A stretch of DNA of 64,000 nt from Eledone cirrhosa (GCA_964016885.1 OZ024743.1:151466001-151530000), one strand, 5' to 3'. Shown: positions 42,206 through 56,888, counted from the stretch's first letter. Notes: generated by a model not told the origin, from the letters alone. A program made the numbers and translations.

Positions 42206-42616
42206 ATTATTATTAAATAGAAGACTTAACCAATCACCAATAACTGGTCATTGGTTGTTACAATCATTTACATGAGTTCTTTGGTCTGAAGACAATATCT
42301 TGAAGCACTGGTTCTAATTGCAGCTACCCATTAGTCATGGTTTGTTGTTCTCTTTCCTTCCACTAGTTTCAGAGGCCCCACAAAAAGGCCACATGGGCAA
42401 TCTTCCCCACTCTGTCCAAATAATATATTTATAGAAATTGGTGGAGTGGCTGTTGCAGTTAATTTTAGTTTTGTAAACAGTAAAAACTGATAATAGTTAC
42501 CAGTTACCACTGTGTGATAAGTATATACATACACACATATGCACACACACACACATCTATATATATATATATATATATAGTAATAATAATAAATGTGAAG
42601 ACTATATATATATATA

Positions 42617-43035
42617 AAAGCCGACATTACCCAATTACACCTCTCAAAGGCGATGACACACGACCGTGACCTCTGGCGTCACGCAGTAATACAGAAGAAC
42701 AGAAGACCCGACCCCCCCCCCATGGGTACAAGCTGAAGCTGAAGCATATGGACAATATGCCCCCACACCCTCCCACTGCAAAGTGGTCGTGGAGGTGCCA
42801 CGGAAAAAAAGCACCCAGCCCACACTGTAAAGTGGACGTGTAGGCGCCACGGGAAAAAAGCACCCAGCACTCACTGTAAATGAGGTTGGTGTTAGGAAGG
42901 GCATCCATCTGTAGAAATCAAGCCAGAATCAGTTCCCGTATGAACAAGACAAGGTCAGCCGACCGGACACTGCCCACAACAGGACAACCCGTCTAACCCA
43001 TGCTAGCGTGGAAGAACGGACGTAAAACGATGATG
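42617..43035 (+). mobile_element. RTE 3' end plus 3' UTR
   Basis: KADITQLHLSKAMTHDRDLWRHAVIQK, then a UTR homologous to 44640-45036, a (GAT)n tail and (GA)n. Confidence 0.85.
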
Positions 43036-43040
43036 AGAGA

Positions 43041-43101
<61 letters not shown>

Positions 43102-44149
43102 AATTTGTATTATAAATGCATGTTTTCAAAAGATTGGCAATTAAAACACTCCTTATTTTAAAAAATTGAAATCCAAGAACTGAATATGTAATTCAGTAGA
43201 AATATACAATCTGTGCCAGTTTATTGATAAGAGACCAGGCAATAAAATTTAAAAGAGTAGTCATGAGAATTTAGATTCTGTTTAGGACACACCTATCTGT
43301 TCAAATACTCTAAATTCAAATGTTTAGTCATAGCTATTTGGAAGACAGACAGTTGATGTTAAATTACCTATTTTCAGTTATAAACTTCCGTTTACAGCCC
43401 ACATAAACCCAACAATGGATCATCTATTACTACAAGAAGGAAAGGACAGTGTTGTATTGTCTGAATAAGCTACCTTGCCGATGAATGCAGTGTAACTGAA
43501 TATTATAGACACACTGAGTCATATGAAAGTTATAATTGAAATGCAGTGGGGCTTTAATCACCATATCAGGCTTTATACAAGATAATTTCTTATTTTTCTT
43601 TCTTCCTAGAAATCCAAGTCTACTAACTTAGAAATGTTATTCAGTCAAATCAACATATTACATGTTATGTTAACTTTCTTTTCTAATTGAAAAGTCTAAA
43701 ATAAAAAATATAGGAGATAAGTGATTAATGTGAGGAAGCAATATAAGTCAATACTTGCTTTCAATACTCATGCAATACCTATACAATGCAGAGACTTCAT
43801 AGTTTCAATACAAGGTTCTTTTATGAAAATTTGTATTGTTACATGAAACTGTTTCTCTACCTAATTTTTGTTTCATTACTCTGGTTCACTTTTTCAGTAA
43901 ATTAAAAGCCATATATATATATATGTGTGTGTATTTATGTTTGAATGTATGTATATATCGGTATGAGTGTATATAGATAAATATATAGCGTGGAAGATAG
44001 ACGTTAAACGATGATGATATGTGTATATATATATGTAAAAAGTAAACTGAAATGACAAAGCAAACAACACAATACAATGAAGAAATATATTAGTCTAATG
44101 ATTGAAATAATATATATATATTCAGTGAGAATAATTATGGCTTTGGTGA

Positions 44150-44318
44150 TGGTGTGGTTGCCAGATGAATTTGTTCATTTGAGGTAGTAGTGATGAAGTG
44201 TGAAGATGAGGAGATGATGAGGGAATGCAGAGAATGGAGGGATGCCGTGTTGAGAAGGACCCGTCCAATGCATGCAAGTGTGGAAAAACAGGCATTCAAT
44301 TGAGGATGATGATGATGA
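44150..44318 (+). mobile_element. RTE extreme 3' end
   Basis: EMMRECREWRDAVLRRTRPMHASVEKQ-like terminus followed by (GAT)n. Confidence 0.6.
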
Positions 44319-44358
44319 AATAAATAAATATATATACACAGACACATACATATATATA

Positions 44359-45036
44359 TGGCCGCTATGCGTAGAAGACTTGCATAGATTAGAAAGAAAT
44401 GAAGCTTGCATGCTCCGATGGATGTGTAATAGTAATATACGCGAACGGCAAAGCATAAATGAACTGAGAGAGAGACTGAGCATAAGAGGAATCAAATGCT
44501 GTGTGCAGGAGAGGCAGTTGCATTGGTATGGACATGTGATGCGTATGAAGGATGACAGCTCCATAAAAAGGTGCAGAGCACTAAAAGTTGTTGGAAGCCA
44601 TGGAGTGGGGAGACCCAAGAAGACCTGGGACGAGGTGATAAAAGTGGACCTTGCCCAATTGCACTTCTCAATGGCGATGACACAGGACCGTGACCTCTGG
44701 CATCATGCAGTAATACAGAAGATCCGACTTCCCGCGGGAACAAGCCGAAGCATATAGACAACATGCTCTTCCACTGCAAAGTGGTCGTGGAGGAGTCACG
44801 ACAAAAAAGCACCCAGACCACATTGTAGAGTGGATATGTAGGCGCCATGGCAAAAAAGCACCCAGCACTCACTGTAAATGAGGTTGGTGTTAGGAAGGGC
44901 ATCCAGCTGTAGAAACCAAGCCAAAATTAGTTCCCATACGAACAAGACAAGGTCAGCCGACCTAACATTGCCCACAACAGGACAACCCATCTAACCCATG
45001 CTAGCGTGGAAGAATCGACGTAAAATGATGATGATT
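44359..45036 (+). mobile_element. RTE 3' fragment plus 3' UTR
   Basis: [45 protein letters not shown]. Confidence 0.9.
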
Positions 45037-45661
45037 ATATATATATATATATACACATATATATATATATATACATACACACACACACACACACACGTAT
45101 GTATACAAATGCTGTTAATTTAACCTAATTTTATATATGCACCTGACCTACCCTTCCATTAGCACTCCCTAACAGTTATTCTCAACTCAGTACTTCAAAC
45201 CCCCCCCCCCCCCCCCCCTCGACACACACACACACACTCCCCGGTAACCATCTCTTCCACACCCCCATGAAGTGGTTGGTGATAGGGAAGTGCTTCCAGC
45301 TATGGAGAGTTTGCCAAGCAACCAAACAAAAGGTGGTGAAAACCATTCAGTTGTGTCGTGGGCATAACATCCTCCCTAGTGTTGGTGAATTACATGATAA
45401 ATGCACCCAATACACGTTGTAAAGTGGTTGGTGATAGGAAGGGCATCCAGCCATAGAAATCTTGGGAGAACCCTCAATTGTGTCAAAGGCATGACAACCT
45501 CTCCTGAGCACTAGATGGAATGTGAGACAGTACATAAGCAAGACTCAGATCCCTGACTTGCTTGGGAGTGATCAGTGGCTCTGCTTCAGTACGGATTTGG
45601 TCAATATAAACCCGTTCAACACTTGCTAGCAGGGAAGGCAGTCATTAAAACAACAATGATG

Positions 45662-45693
<32 letters not shown>

Positions 45694-45694
45694 G

Positions 45695-45736
<42 letters not shown>

Positions 45737-45737
<1 letters not shown>

Positions 45738-46589
45738 TAGCATTAAAACCTGGCGTTGCTCGGGGTCAGTAAGTTACCAAAGTTAGGTTGCACCACCCAT
45801 TTTATGGCAGCACTTTTTTGTCTGCCAGGCACTGGGTGAATGAATTGCAGACCTGGACTGCCGAAGCAGGAGCTGCGTCAGCAGTGACAATTGTAGTTTC
45901 GCCTATGGATATTATCTTTGTACAAAGAAGTGTTGAAATTTATTGTTTCACAGTACTTGCACAACACGCGCGTAGACGATGCCAGCCGAACAACAGAGCT
46001 GCGATGGAGTTGTTCTGCATGGTTGTCTAATATGTGTTTTCTAAATTTAAGACAATAGGGAGGGGTGTGATATGGGGGAGAGTTAGCTGCTGTTTCTAGC
46101 AGGTTTAGTGACCTCATAGAGGATATTATTGTGTATAGTAAATGAACTGATACTTCTTTCTTCCACGTTTGTTGAAAGATGTTTTAAAAAGGATTTATCG
46201 CTATTTTTTTTGTTGTTGAATAAATTTATCTGTTGCTTTTGAATAATTGTTGTTTCGTATGAAATGTAATAAGTTCTCTTTGTCATTGAAGTAAATAAAT
46301 GTTTGACCGTTCCACACTCAAAAACAAACTTCGCTCTCTCTCTCTTAAAGTTTAAGGGGAGTAGAGAGAGGTATTCAGATTCTATTAGAGGGGTAAAGCA
46401 TCATGTATTTAGTTTTATCGATTATTTCCGTAATTGTTGGTGAGTTTGAATGAAATAAATAGTCGTTGAAATAAGTTAGACCATTTACAACATTCTTACA
46501 GACTTTGAGTCGAATTGGTTTGAAATTGTGCAAATGTATAAACATGGAACATGCACACACACACACAACAACAATCTGCCTTCTATAGA
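45737..46589 (-). mobile_element. non-autonomous Helitron
   Basis: Minus-strand 5' end A|TCTATAGAAGGCAG at 46589. The 3' end CCCCGAGCAACGCCAGG..TGCTAG|T is at 45737. No coding capacity recognised. Confidence 0.65.
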
Positions 46590-46599
46590 TAATAATGAT

Positions 46600-46606
46600 A
46601 TATATA

Positions 46607-46637
<31 letters not shown>

Positions 46638-46974
46638 ATATATATATATGTATGTTTATATATATATAAATATATATATATGTATGTATATATATATAAA
46701 TATATATATAAATGTATGTATATATATATAAATATATATATAAATATATGTATATATATATAAATATATATATAAATGTATGTATATATATATAAATATA
46801 TATATAAATATATGTATATATATATATAAATATATATATATGTATGTATATATATATATATAAATATATATATAAATATATGTATATATATATATAAATA
46901 TATATATATGTATATATATATATATAAATATATATATAAATATATGTATATATATATATAAATATATATGTATG

Positions 46975-47024
<50 letters not shown>

Positions 47025-47038
47025 AATATATATGTATG

Positions 47039-47086
<48 letters not shown>

Positions 47087-47157
47087 AATATATATATGTA
47101 TGTATATATGTATATATATATAAATATATATGTATATATGTATATATATATATATAA

Positions 47158-47188
<31 letters not shown>

Positions 47189-47206
47189 AATATATATATA
47201 TATATG

Positions 47207-47250
<44 letters not shown>

Positions 47251-47307
47251 AATATATATATATATGTATATATATATAAATATATATATATATATGTATA
47301 TATATAA

Positions 47308-47340
<33 letters not shown>

Positions 47341-47354
47341 AATATATATATATG

Positions 47355-47388
<34 letters not shown>

Positions 47389-47402
47389 AATATATATATA
47401 TG

Positions 47403-47436
<34 letters not shown>

Positions 47437-47487
47437 AATATATATATATGTATATATATATAAATATATATATATATATGTATATAT
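46600..47487. repeat. ~0.9-kb degenerate (TA)n tract with TAAA/TATG units
   Basis: Seen directly. Confidence 0.97.
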
Positions 47488-47907
47488 GGAAAGTTATATT
47501 TAAATTGTTGGGTTACAACGAGCAAATATTTATAACCGATATAAAAGCACTCAACAAGCATTTGGAGTACATTTACGACATCAAACAAATGGAAACTATA
47601 TTTATAAAACCACACCCACTTCATCATATATATTTCAGGGATATCATACCAACAATATGCTATGCCTTCCTCAGACAAAATACAACACAGACAGTCTTAC
47701 AAATAAATAGACCCGACATACCCCTCAACATCGACCTGCACTTGAAAAGTTGATTTGGCAGTGAAAATTGTAAACAGAAAGAAAGAAAGAAAGAAGGAAA
47801 GAAAGAAAGAAAGAAAACGAAGAAAAGAAGAAATGCATGCAACCAAACAGAGAGATGGAAAGATAGATAAAGAGAAGAACTTCATGCAAAGAAACAGAGA
47901 GAGACAA

Positions 47908-48795
<888 letters not shown>

Positions 48796-48796
48796 T

Positions 48797-49416
48797 CGAG
48801 AGAAGGCTATGTTGGTATGGTCACGTGATGCGCATGAAAGACGACAGCTGTATAACAAAGTGCAGGGCAATAAAGATAGACGGTAGCTACGGAGTAGGCA
48901 GACCCAGAAAAACCTGTGACGAGCTGATAAATTCCGACCTCACACACTTACACCTCTCCAAGACAATGTCACTGGACCGAGACCTTTGGCGGTACTCAGT
49001 AATAGAGAAGACCCGCCCTACCTAAATACAAAGTAAAACCTACTACAGTCAGTAGGCATCTCTAACAAAATACACCCCGTCCCACCACCCCCACCCCATC
49101 CACACCGCCCCTTTCAATGTAAAGTTATGTTGGTGCCACAACATCCAGGCCGAAACAAATGAGATCGTGTAGGTGTCACGACAAAAAAAACACACAGTCC
49201 ACGCTGTAATGTGGCCATGTAGGCAACACGGTAAAAACCTGCCAGCCCCACACTGTAAATGTGGTTGGTGTTAGGAAGGGCATCCAGCTGTAGAAAACCC
49301 GCCAGACAGTCCTATGCGAGCAAGACAATCACTCTTGCCTCAAGTGGGAAAACCCCCGTCCAAACCCATGCAAGCGTGGAACACGGACGTTAAACAATGA
49401 TGATGATGATGATGAT
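48797..49416 (+). mobile_element. RTE 3' fragment plus 3' UTR
   Basis: [39 protein letters not shown], followed by a (GAT)n tail. Confidence 0.9.
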
Positions 49417-49602
49417 ATACATATATATATATATATATAATATATATATATATATATAATATATATATATGTATGTATATATATATACATATATATATAT
49501 AAATATATATATATGTATGTATGTATATATATATACATATATATATATATAAATATATATATATGTATGTATGTATATATATATACATATATATATATAT
49601 AT

Positions 49603-49925
49603 GGAGGCACATGGCTTAGTGGTTAGAGCATTAGCCTTGCAATCGAAAGGTTGCGAGTTCAATTCTCAAACTGGGTGATGTGTTGTTTCCTTGAGCAAGA
49701 CACTTTATTTCACATTGCTCCAGTTTACTCAGCTGTAGAAATGAGATGATAGGGACTGCAAAGTGGTCGTGGAGGTGCCACGGCAAAAAAGCACCCAGCA
49801 CTCACTGTAAATGAGGTTGGTGTTAGGAAGTGCATCCAGCTGTAGAAATCAAGCCAGAATCAGTTCCCGTCCCACCCTTGCAAGCAGGGAAAAGCGGATG
49901 TAAAAATGATGATGACGATGATGAT
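49603..49925 (+). mobile_element. tRNA-derived CORE-type SINE with RTE tail
   Basis: A box TGGCTTAGTGG, B box GTTCAATTC, CORE-like block and an RTE-derived tail. Confidence 0.9.
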
Positions 49926-50002
49926 GTAAATATATATATATGTATGTATGTATGTATATATATATATAAATATATGTTTGTATATATATATAAATATATG
50001 TT

Positions 50003-50066
<64 letters not shown>

Positions 50067-50076
50067 ATAATAATAA

Positions 50077-50770
50077 TTGACGGACCCAGCATCAATGCCA
50101 GTACCGGTTGTATCTCATTGCACTCAATGAGCAATGTAAGATACATTACCAGAGTATACACACAGTTATTTGCCTCAACACAACACACGTAAATCGGGTG
50201 CATATAACATTCCCAGACTCGAGTTTCTGCAGCACTAAGGTGCCACCTGTCTGCATATATTATGTAACAATGCACAATCGGCTTATGCTGCTTCATCAGC
50301 AGGTATCGCCTAATCAATAACCAGTCGATCGACATATATCAATCACCGGCCTGCACGGGTCATGACTGTTTGTGATAACCGACATGGTAAAGCGATTAAC
50401 TGGCAACCGATAGGACTCTATCTCTCAACTAGCCACTGATTTATAAATTTTACGTGGGGACGGGAAGCTAAAAAGAATCAATCTATTAGTTCCTGTCAGA
50501 AGCACTCAGCCAACGTGTCTCACACACGAATTATCAAATCGTGAAAAGATGGCTATTAGAAATAGCAGTTCACATTGATTTAAAATAGAATGGTAGCTTT
50601 CGGTTCATGTCTCCAAGCCCCATGGCTAGAGGAAAGCGATAGTAACTATGGTAGTGCCAAGAACCTTTAACGGACTTTAAATTCCATTATCTATTATAGA
50701 GCGATATAGTAGCGAGCTGAAATGTGGCAGCCACGTGCGTAGATAACCAGTTTAATTCACAACTTAAATA
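50077..50770 (-). mobile_element. probable PLE terminal (non-coding) fragment between (TA)n tracts
   Basis: Unique, more GC-rich island containing a minus-strand hammerhead and bounded by TA microsatellites. Confidence 0.55.
50212..50303 (-). ncRNA. type-I hammerhead ribozyme motif with long stem II insertion
   Basis: Reverse complement reads CCTG-CTGATGA-A-GCAGCAT..(~50 nt)..GTGCTGC-A-GAAAC-TCGA-GTC-TGGG. Stem III is the palindrome ACTCGAGT and the cleavage triplet is GUC. Confidence 0.72.
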
Positions 50771-50965
50771 TATATATTTACATCTATATATATATATATG
50801 TATGTATATATATGTATATATATATACGTATGTATATATATGTATATATATCTAAATATATATATATAAATATATATATATGTATGTATATATATGTATA
50901 TATATATATATATCTAAATATATATATATAAATATATATATATGTATGTATATATATATATATAA

Positions 50966-51021
<56 letters not shown>

Positions 51022-51056
51022 GTATGTATAAATATATATATATACATATATATATG

Positions 51057-51090
<34 letters not shown>

Positions 51091-51116
51091 CACACATATA
51101 TATATATATATGTATG

Positions 51117-51148
<32 letters not shown>

Positions 51149-51192
51149 AATATATATGTATGTATGTATATATATATATATATATGTATATA
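50768..51192. repeat. (TA)n/(TATG) tract
   Basis: Seen directly. Confidence 0.97.
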
Positions 51193-51857
51193 TTAAATTA
51201 TCCTATTCGACCACACCTAACCTCGCATCACACCTAGCACGCATGCACATTAGGAAGACTAGGGAAGGTTTCGAAACAATTAAAATGGCAGCTAACCACC
51301 AGCAACCGACTACACTGAGAAATAGGCAACATAATAGTATCACTGAGCCATCTAATGGTATAGAGGCACCTAGTGATAATGCTAGTAACCAAAGTTCGGG
51401 AGGTACGCTAATTGATCGAACCCGCAGTTGCAATTGTAGGCGGAGTAGTAACTGTCCCCTAAGGGAGGCTTGCCTCATGAAAAACATTGTATATGCATGT
51501 GACGTAACCATACACAACTCTACCAAAACATATATAGGATCAACGTCCAATACATTTAAAACTAGATATAACACGCACATGAGCACATTTAGCCACGATA
51601 GACTTAAGAACGCCACTTCACTGGCGGGATACATCTCCTTTTTAAAAAATAATTGTACCCCATACAAACTTTTTTGGAGGAAGCTTACTAGATCCACGCC
51701 ATACCGACCGCAGAGCGGGAGTTGTGACCTGTGTTTACCAGAATGCCATGCCATAATACACTCTAAACTGAACCTGCTTAACAGGAAATCTGAAATTTTC
51801 TCCTCTTGCCAACACAAAATCCTGAGTTCCTTCTTCTATTTTAAACCTAGCACATAG
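51192..51857 (+). pseudogene. PLE C-terminal GIY-YIG endonuclease fragment (Naiad-like)
   Basis: [48 protein letters not shown] and CDLCLPE..LLNRKSEIFSSCQHK. Open frame but no RT. Confidence 0.88.
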
Positions 51858-54702
51858 ACATAACATATATTACGCAACCCCCACCTAGATATACCCCTCC
51901 TTGACTATAACTCCTCCCTCCCTCCCCCCCCCAACCCATAACCCAGATAGATAGGTAGCCTATAGGTGGAACAGACCCCACCGGGCTACAGCTTTGGGTG
52001 AATGGATTTTGGGACACGAGACGGTGTAGAATAAATAGAATGTCATACTCTCATCTAGGTTACACCACTGCTGGATGGCATTTTATCTTAGCCCTCATCT
52101 TAAGTTGCGCTGCACTCCGCCCCGTAATACTGCAGGCCCCCCTGCGACTCATTCATTTATTTATTTCTCTATGGACCTCCATAAATACGCCTATGTGGGT
52201 GCATCTCATCGAATATAGGTGTGTGCATGTGTGTGGGCCTATGTGTGTGTGCGTTGGTCTGTCGGGGAACGAGGAGGCGCATGTATGTGCGCATATGTGT
52301 GCACTAGCCAGCACCGCGGCATGATCACATTCTGTAGATCCAATATCATATGTCTTATATCTTGTGGGTAAACCTCTATCGCTATATTAACCCCTCAGGT
52401 TAAATATATCTCAAATCTCGCTCACCCCCACGTGTCTGTGTATATGCATGCGTGCCGTGGGGTAGTGATCTATATGTCTGGGTGTAGGTGAATGTGGGCT
52501 CGTATGTGTGTGTGTGTGCATGAATACATATGTGTGTGTACATGTGTGTGTGCACGCATGCATATGGGGAGTATCTACCCATGTGCTAGTACACCCCAAC
52601 CTCTGGTGTGTATGTGTGTGTATGCATACGTACACAGATGGGTGTGTATGAGTGTGTGTATGTCTGCGCGCATGGCCATATATAACAATACACCCCAGCC
52701 TCTATCATCTGTGCGTGTGTATGCGTGTCCGTGTGTGTGTGCATGAGTGTATACATATATGCGTGTTTGTCGCTGTCCATGTGTACACTTAGACAGATGC
52801 GGGAACGTCTGCGGGTGTGCATTCTTATACTAATTCACCCCAACCTCCACCATAAAAGCAGGGCTTCTTCCTCCCTACTCCCTATTGCATTTTTTGTATG
52901 ATACAAGTGAACATCCACTCATGTAATAACACACTATATATTATATATTATGTATTTCGCTGTGTCGACGAAAGGTTATCTGGGGAGAACTCTCGGAGAG
53001 AGAATTTTTTTCTGTGGAAGTCTTCTCTATATGTGTGTTTAGCACAAATTCCTCCTATAATACTCTTCTTTGAGAGGAGCACGATATGTAAAGTAACATA
53101 TATGTATTGTCGCTGTGGAAACTGAGAACCACCTCCCCTCCTGCTGACCCAAATGTATACTGAGGACCAGAACACCACTCCCCACAATATAAGAGAAGAA
53201 TGCGGTTGCCGGAATATTGATGACCAAAACATCACACTCCAAGGTCATGGCAAACACAGACTGGTAAACACGACCAAAACATCACAACATGGGCATCGGA
53301 GCAACAGAGATCTGGGAATATCAGATATAATATCAATAAGGGCATAAAATGAAATTTTTTTCGCGTTGAAATACATATAAATAGGTGTCTGTGTGTATTG
53401 GACACACGTACACACGAGGAAACTGGTGACCTAAATGTACCTGTCATGCCTGTCAGAATTCCCAGGAGAATTTTCGGTCAGTTGCTATCTTGACCGCTTA
53501 CCCTCACAGTTACTACGTAGCAGTTCTTGCACGTGATTGCTAGACCCGGATGAAACGAAGACGAAGAATTTCCTTGCGTACCGTTATTTACCACAGATGC
53601 GATTTCACTCTGCCTCGTTAATGTTCAATCAACACCAAAGTTCTACGTTCTGGGCAATAGATTTAAATCCAACCACCGACAACATAGTTAGATGATCGAT
53701 AATCAAATCTAACCAGAGTACTGTGATCCCTGTGATTTTGAGATATACAACCACTGATAGTGTATCGAAGACCAGAAAACCATACTCCATAATATTGAAC
53801 CAAGTGACTGATTTATGCGACCAAAAATAACACTACACACATATTGGGTCAGCAACGAACTAGGAATATTGGATCCTCCGTCGATGACCAGGTAAGCACA
53901 AATAGAATTCTATTTGCAGTGAGATATACGGACTTGTTGATCTGTTGTGAGGTCAAAAACAAATACACACGACCGCACAGATGAGCGATGGACTATGCCC
54001 TATGGGTTGGACTTGCAAGTGCATTGAAATATGTGTAACTCTAATATACATATTATTTATTATTAAGATGTATAAACTTGACACACTTATTATCATCTTA
54101 GATTCTCTCAACTAATCACATTATGATTGTATTTCTCTCTCCCATTTTCTCCCCCCATATTTATAATATTTTTATTTAGCAAAATCTGTTTTTTTACATT
54201 GTGTTTTTCCCTTTCTGATACTTGGTGATATTTTTTTATATATTCTCTATATATTTTTTATATATTTTTTTAATTGTATTTTTATTCTTATTTTCATTTT
54301 TATCCTACTTATATTTTATTTCATTCTTACTCTTATATATTATTATAGTGTAATCTTCCCTATGCCTTATTATACATTATTAACTATAAATTATTATTAT
54401 TCTATTTCTAATTACCTCATGTACTTTCTCCTCCGTTATATATATATTATATGCCCTTTGTGTGTGTGTAGCCTCTGCACACCCTCTGCACCCTACTATC
54501 AATGCCACCCCATCTATGCTCGACTAACCACTCGACTCCCGGGAATGAATATGACCACAGCTAGTAAACAAGGACCCACACCCCACCCTCCCGCAAATAA
54601 ATTAGACTTATTGTCCCCTGCTTTTGCTCTTTCCTCTCTTTACTCTTTGTTCTTGAATGTTTCGTTGGTAGAGTCCATAACAACAATCAAACCCCTTTTA
54701 CA

Positions 54703-54747
54703 GCTCTGAAGAATCCTACGGTTACGTAAGGAAGAAACATTGTAAGC
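54703..54747 (+). ncRNA. minimal type-I hammerhead ribozyme motif
   Basis: GCT-CTGAAGA-A-TCCTACG(gtta)CGTA(a)GGA-A-GAAAC-ATT-GTA-AGC. Confidence 0.75.
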
Positions 54748-54794
54748 CAATAACAAATGTTTGATGTTGTAGACGCTCTTGTGTTTTTTATCAT

Positions 54795-55396
54795 ATATAA
54801 ATATATATATATGTATGTATATATATATATACATATATATATATAAATATGTATATATGTATGTATGTATATATACATATATATATATATATAAATATAT
54901 ATATATGTATGTATGCATATATATATATATAAATATATATATATGTATGTATGTATATATACATATATATATATATAAATATATATATATGTATGTATGT
55001 ATATATACATATATAAATATATATATATGTATGTATGTATATATACATATATATATATAAATATATATATATGTATGTATGTATATATACATATATATAT
55101 ATAAATATATATATATGTATGTATGTATATATACATATATATATATAAATATATATATATGTATGTATGTATATATACATATATATATATAAATATATAT
55201 ATATGTATGTATGTATATATACATATATATAAATATATATATATGTATATATATATATATACATATATATATATAAATATATATATATGTATGTATGTAT
55301 ATATACATATATATAAATATATATATATGTATATATATATATATACATATATATATATAAATATATATATATGTATGTATATATACATATATATAA

Positions 55397-55427
<31 letters not shown>

Positions 55428-55514
55428 AATATATATATATGTATGTATATATACATATATATATATATAAATATATATATATGTATGTATGTATGTATAT
55501 ATACATATATATAA

Positions 55515-55545
<31 letters not shown>

Positions 55546-55560
55546 TATATAAATATATAT
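54795..55560. repeat. (TA)n-based tract with ~36-bp higher-order units
   Basis: Seen directly. Confidence 0.95.
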
Positions 55561-55705
55561 AAGGTTAACATATGTTGATGCCCTAAGGACAGACACTGGT
55601 CTGTTGGAGATGCAGGATATGGCAGCGATAATGAGGGACAGAGACCGCTGGAGAGAACTCGTCCATGGATCTCGGGAATTTTACCCGCCTTAGATAGATA
55701 GATAT
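55561..55705 (+). mobile_element. RTE-group extreme 3' end
   Basis: [38 protein letters not shown], followed by a (TAGA)n tail. Confidence 0.7.
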
Positions 55706-55785
55706 ATATATATAAATAAATATATATATATATATATATATACATAAATATATATATATATATGTATATATATACATATATATGT

Positions 55786-56055
55786 GAGGTCACCAGTTGG
55801 TGCTACTGGTAACATGTATCCCAGTACAACCTTTCCCATGGTCGGGTCGTTGGCGACTAAATTGGCAACTCCACCAAGGTTTCTTGGTGAGGAGGGTGAC
55901 TTTGGACACATGCAGGACTAAAACCAAAACCTGTCAAAGGGCAAAGGAGCTCTTAAGAGTCAATGGCCATCCAAAATCATCAGGAGAGATGACCCCTTAG
56001 CCTTTGTCAAGGCAGAATTCTAGGAGAAGGAAAACTCTAATATAACACCTGCAAC
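55786..56055 (+). mobile_element. possible RTE-type 5' leader fragment
   Basis: Contains CTAGGAGAAGGAAAACTCT, a motif I recall from RTE-related 5' regions. The first ~115 nt are strongly structured. Confidence 0.4.
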
Positions 56056-56381
56056 TCTGATGGTATCCAATGATGTTGACTTGTTCTTCTTTTTGGTAAA
56101 TATCATCTTGGTTAAGAGAGTGGGACTGGCTTTGTGCAGTGCCTTTGCTCACTATAAAAGCTTCACGGCACAGGCATTGCTTTATATCTGGAGATCTCTC
56201 TGCACTTGTCGTCACATGGTACCATGGGCCCAGCACTATGTGTCAATGGTTGTCACAGGTGTAGTGTTTGTACCAGAGTTTTCAAGTCGCTGGCTGGACT
56301 AAAAAGTCACACTCATTCAGCCCATTGGTAGGGGTTCTCCTACATGGATATAAAGTAGTGGCCGTACTCGAAAATGAGTTG

Positions 56382-56763
<382 letters not shown>

Positions 56764-56888
56764 GGAGGTGAGTTTTATTGTAGTACAATAAAGCAATGCA
56801 GATATCGGATAAGAAGCACTCTACAGTTTGTAGGACTGGAGTATACATAATATATAAGAACAAAAGATGGTTAAAAGAGTTCCATGTA

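Larger units (their letters stand above)
51192..54795 (+). mobile_element. 5'-truncated Penelope-like element (Naiad-like) with long 3' region
   Basis: Starts with a GIY-YIG coding fragment and has a hammerhead near the end. Both flanks are (TA)n. The internal 2.8 kb may be composite. Confidence 0.7.

Noticed and set aside
49603-49680. tRNA-like sequence
   Set aside because: It is a SINE head: A and B boxes are present, but it lacks a proper acceptor stem and continues into the CORE block.
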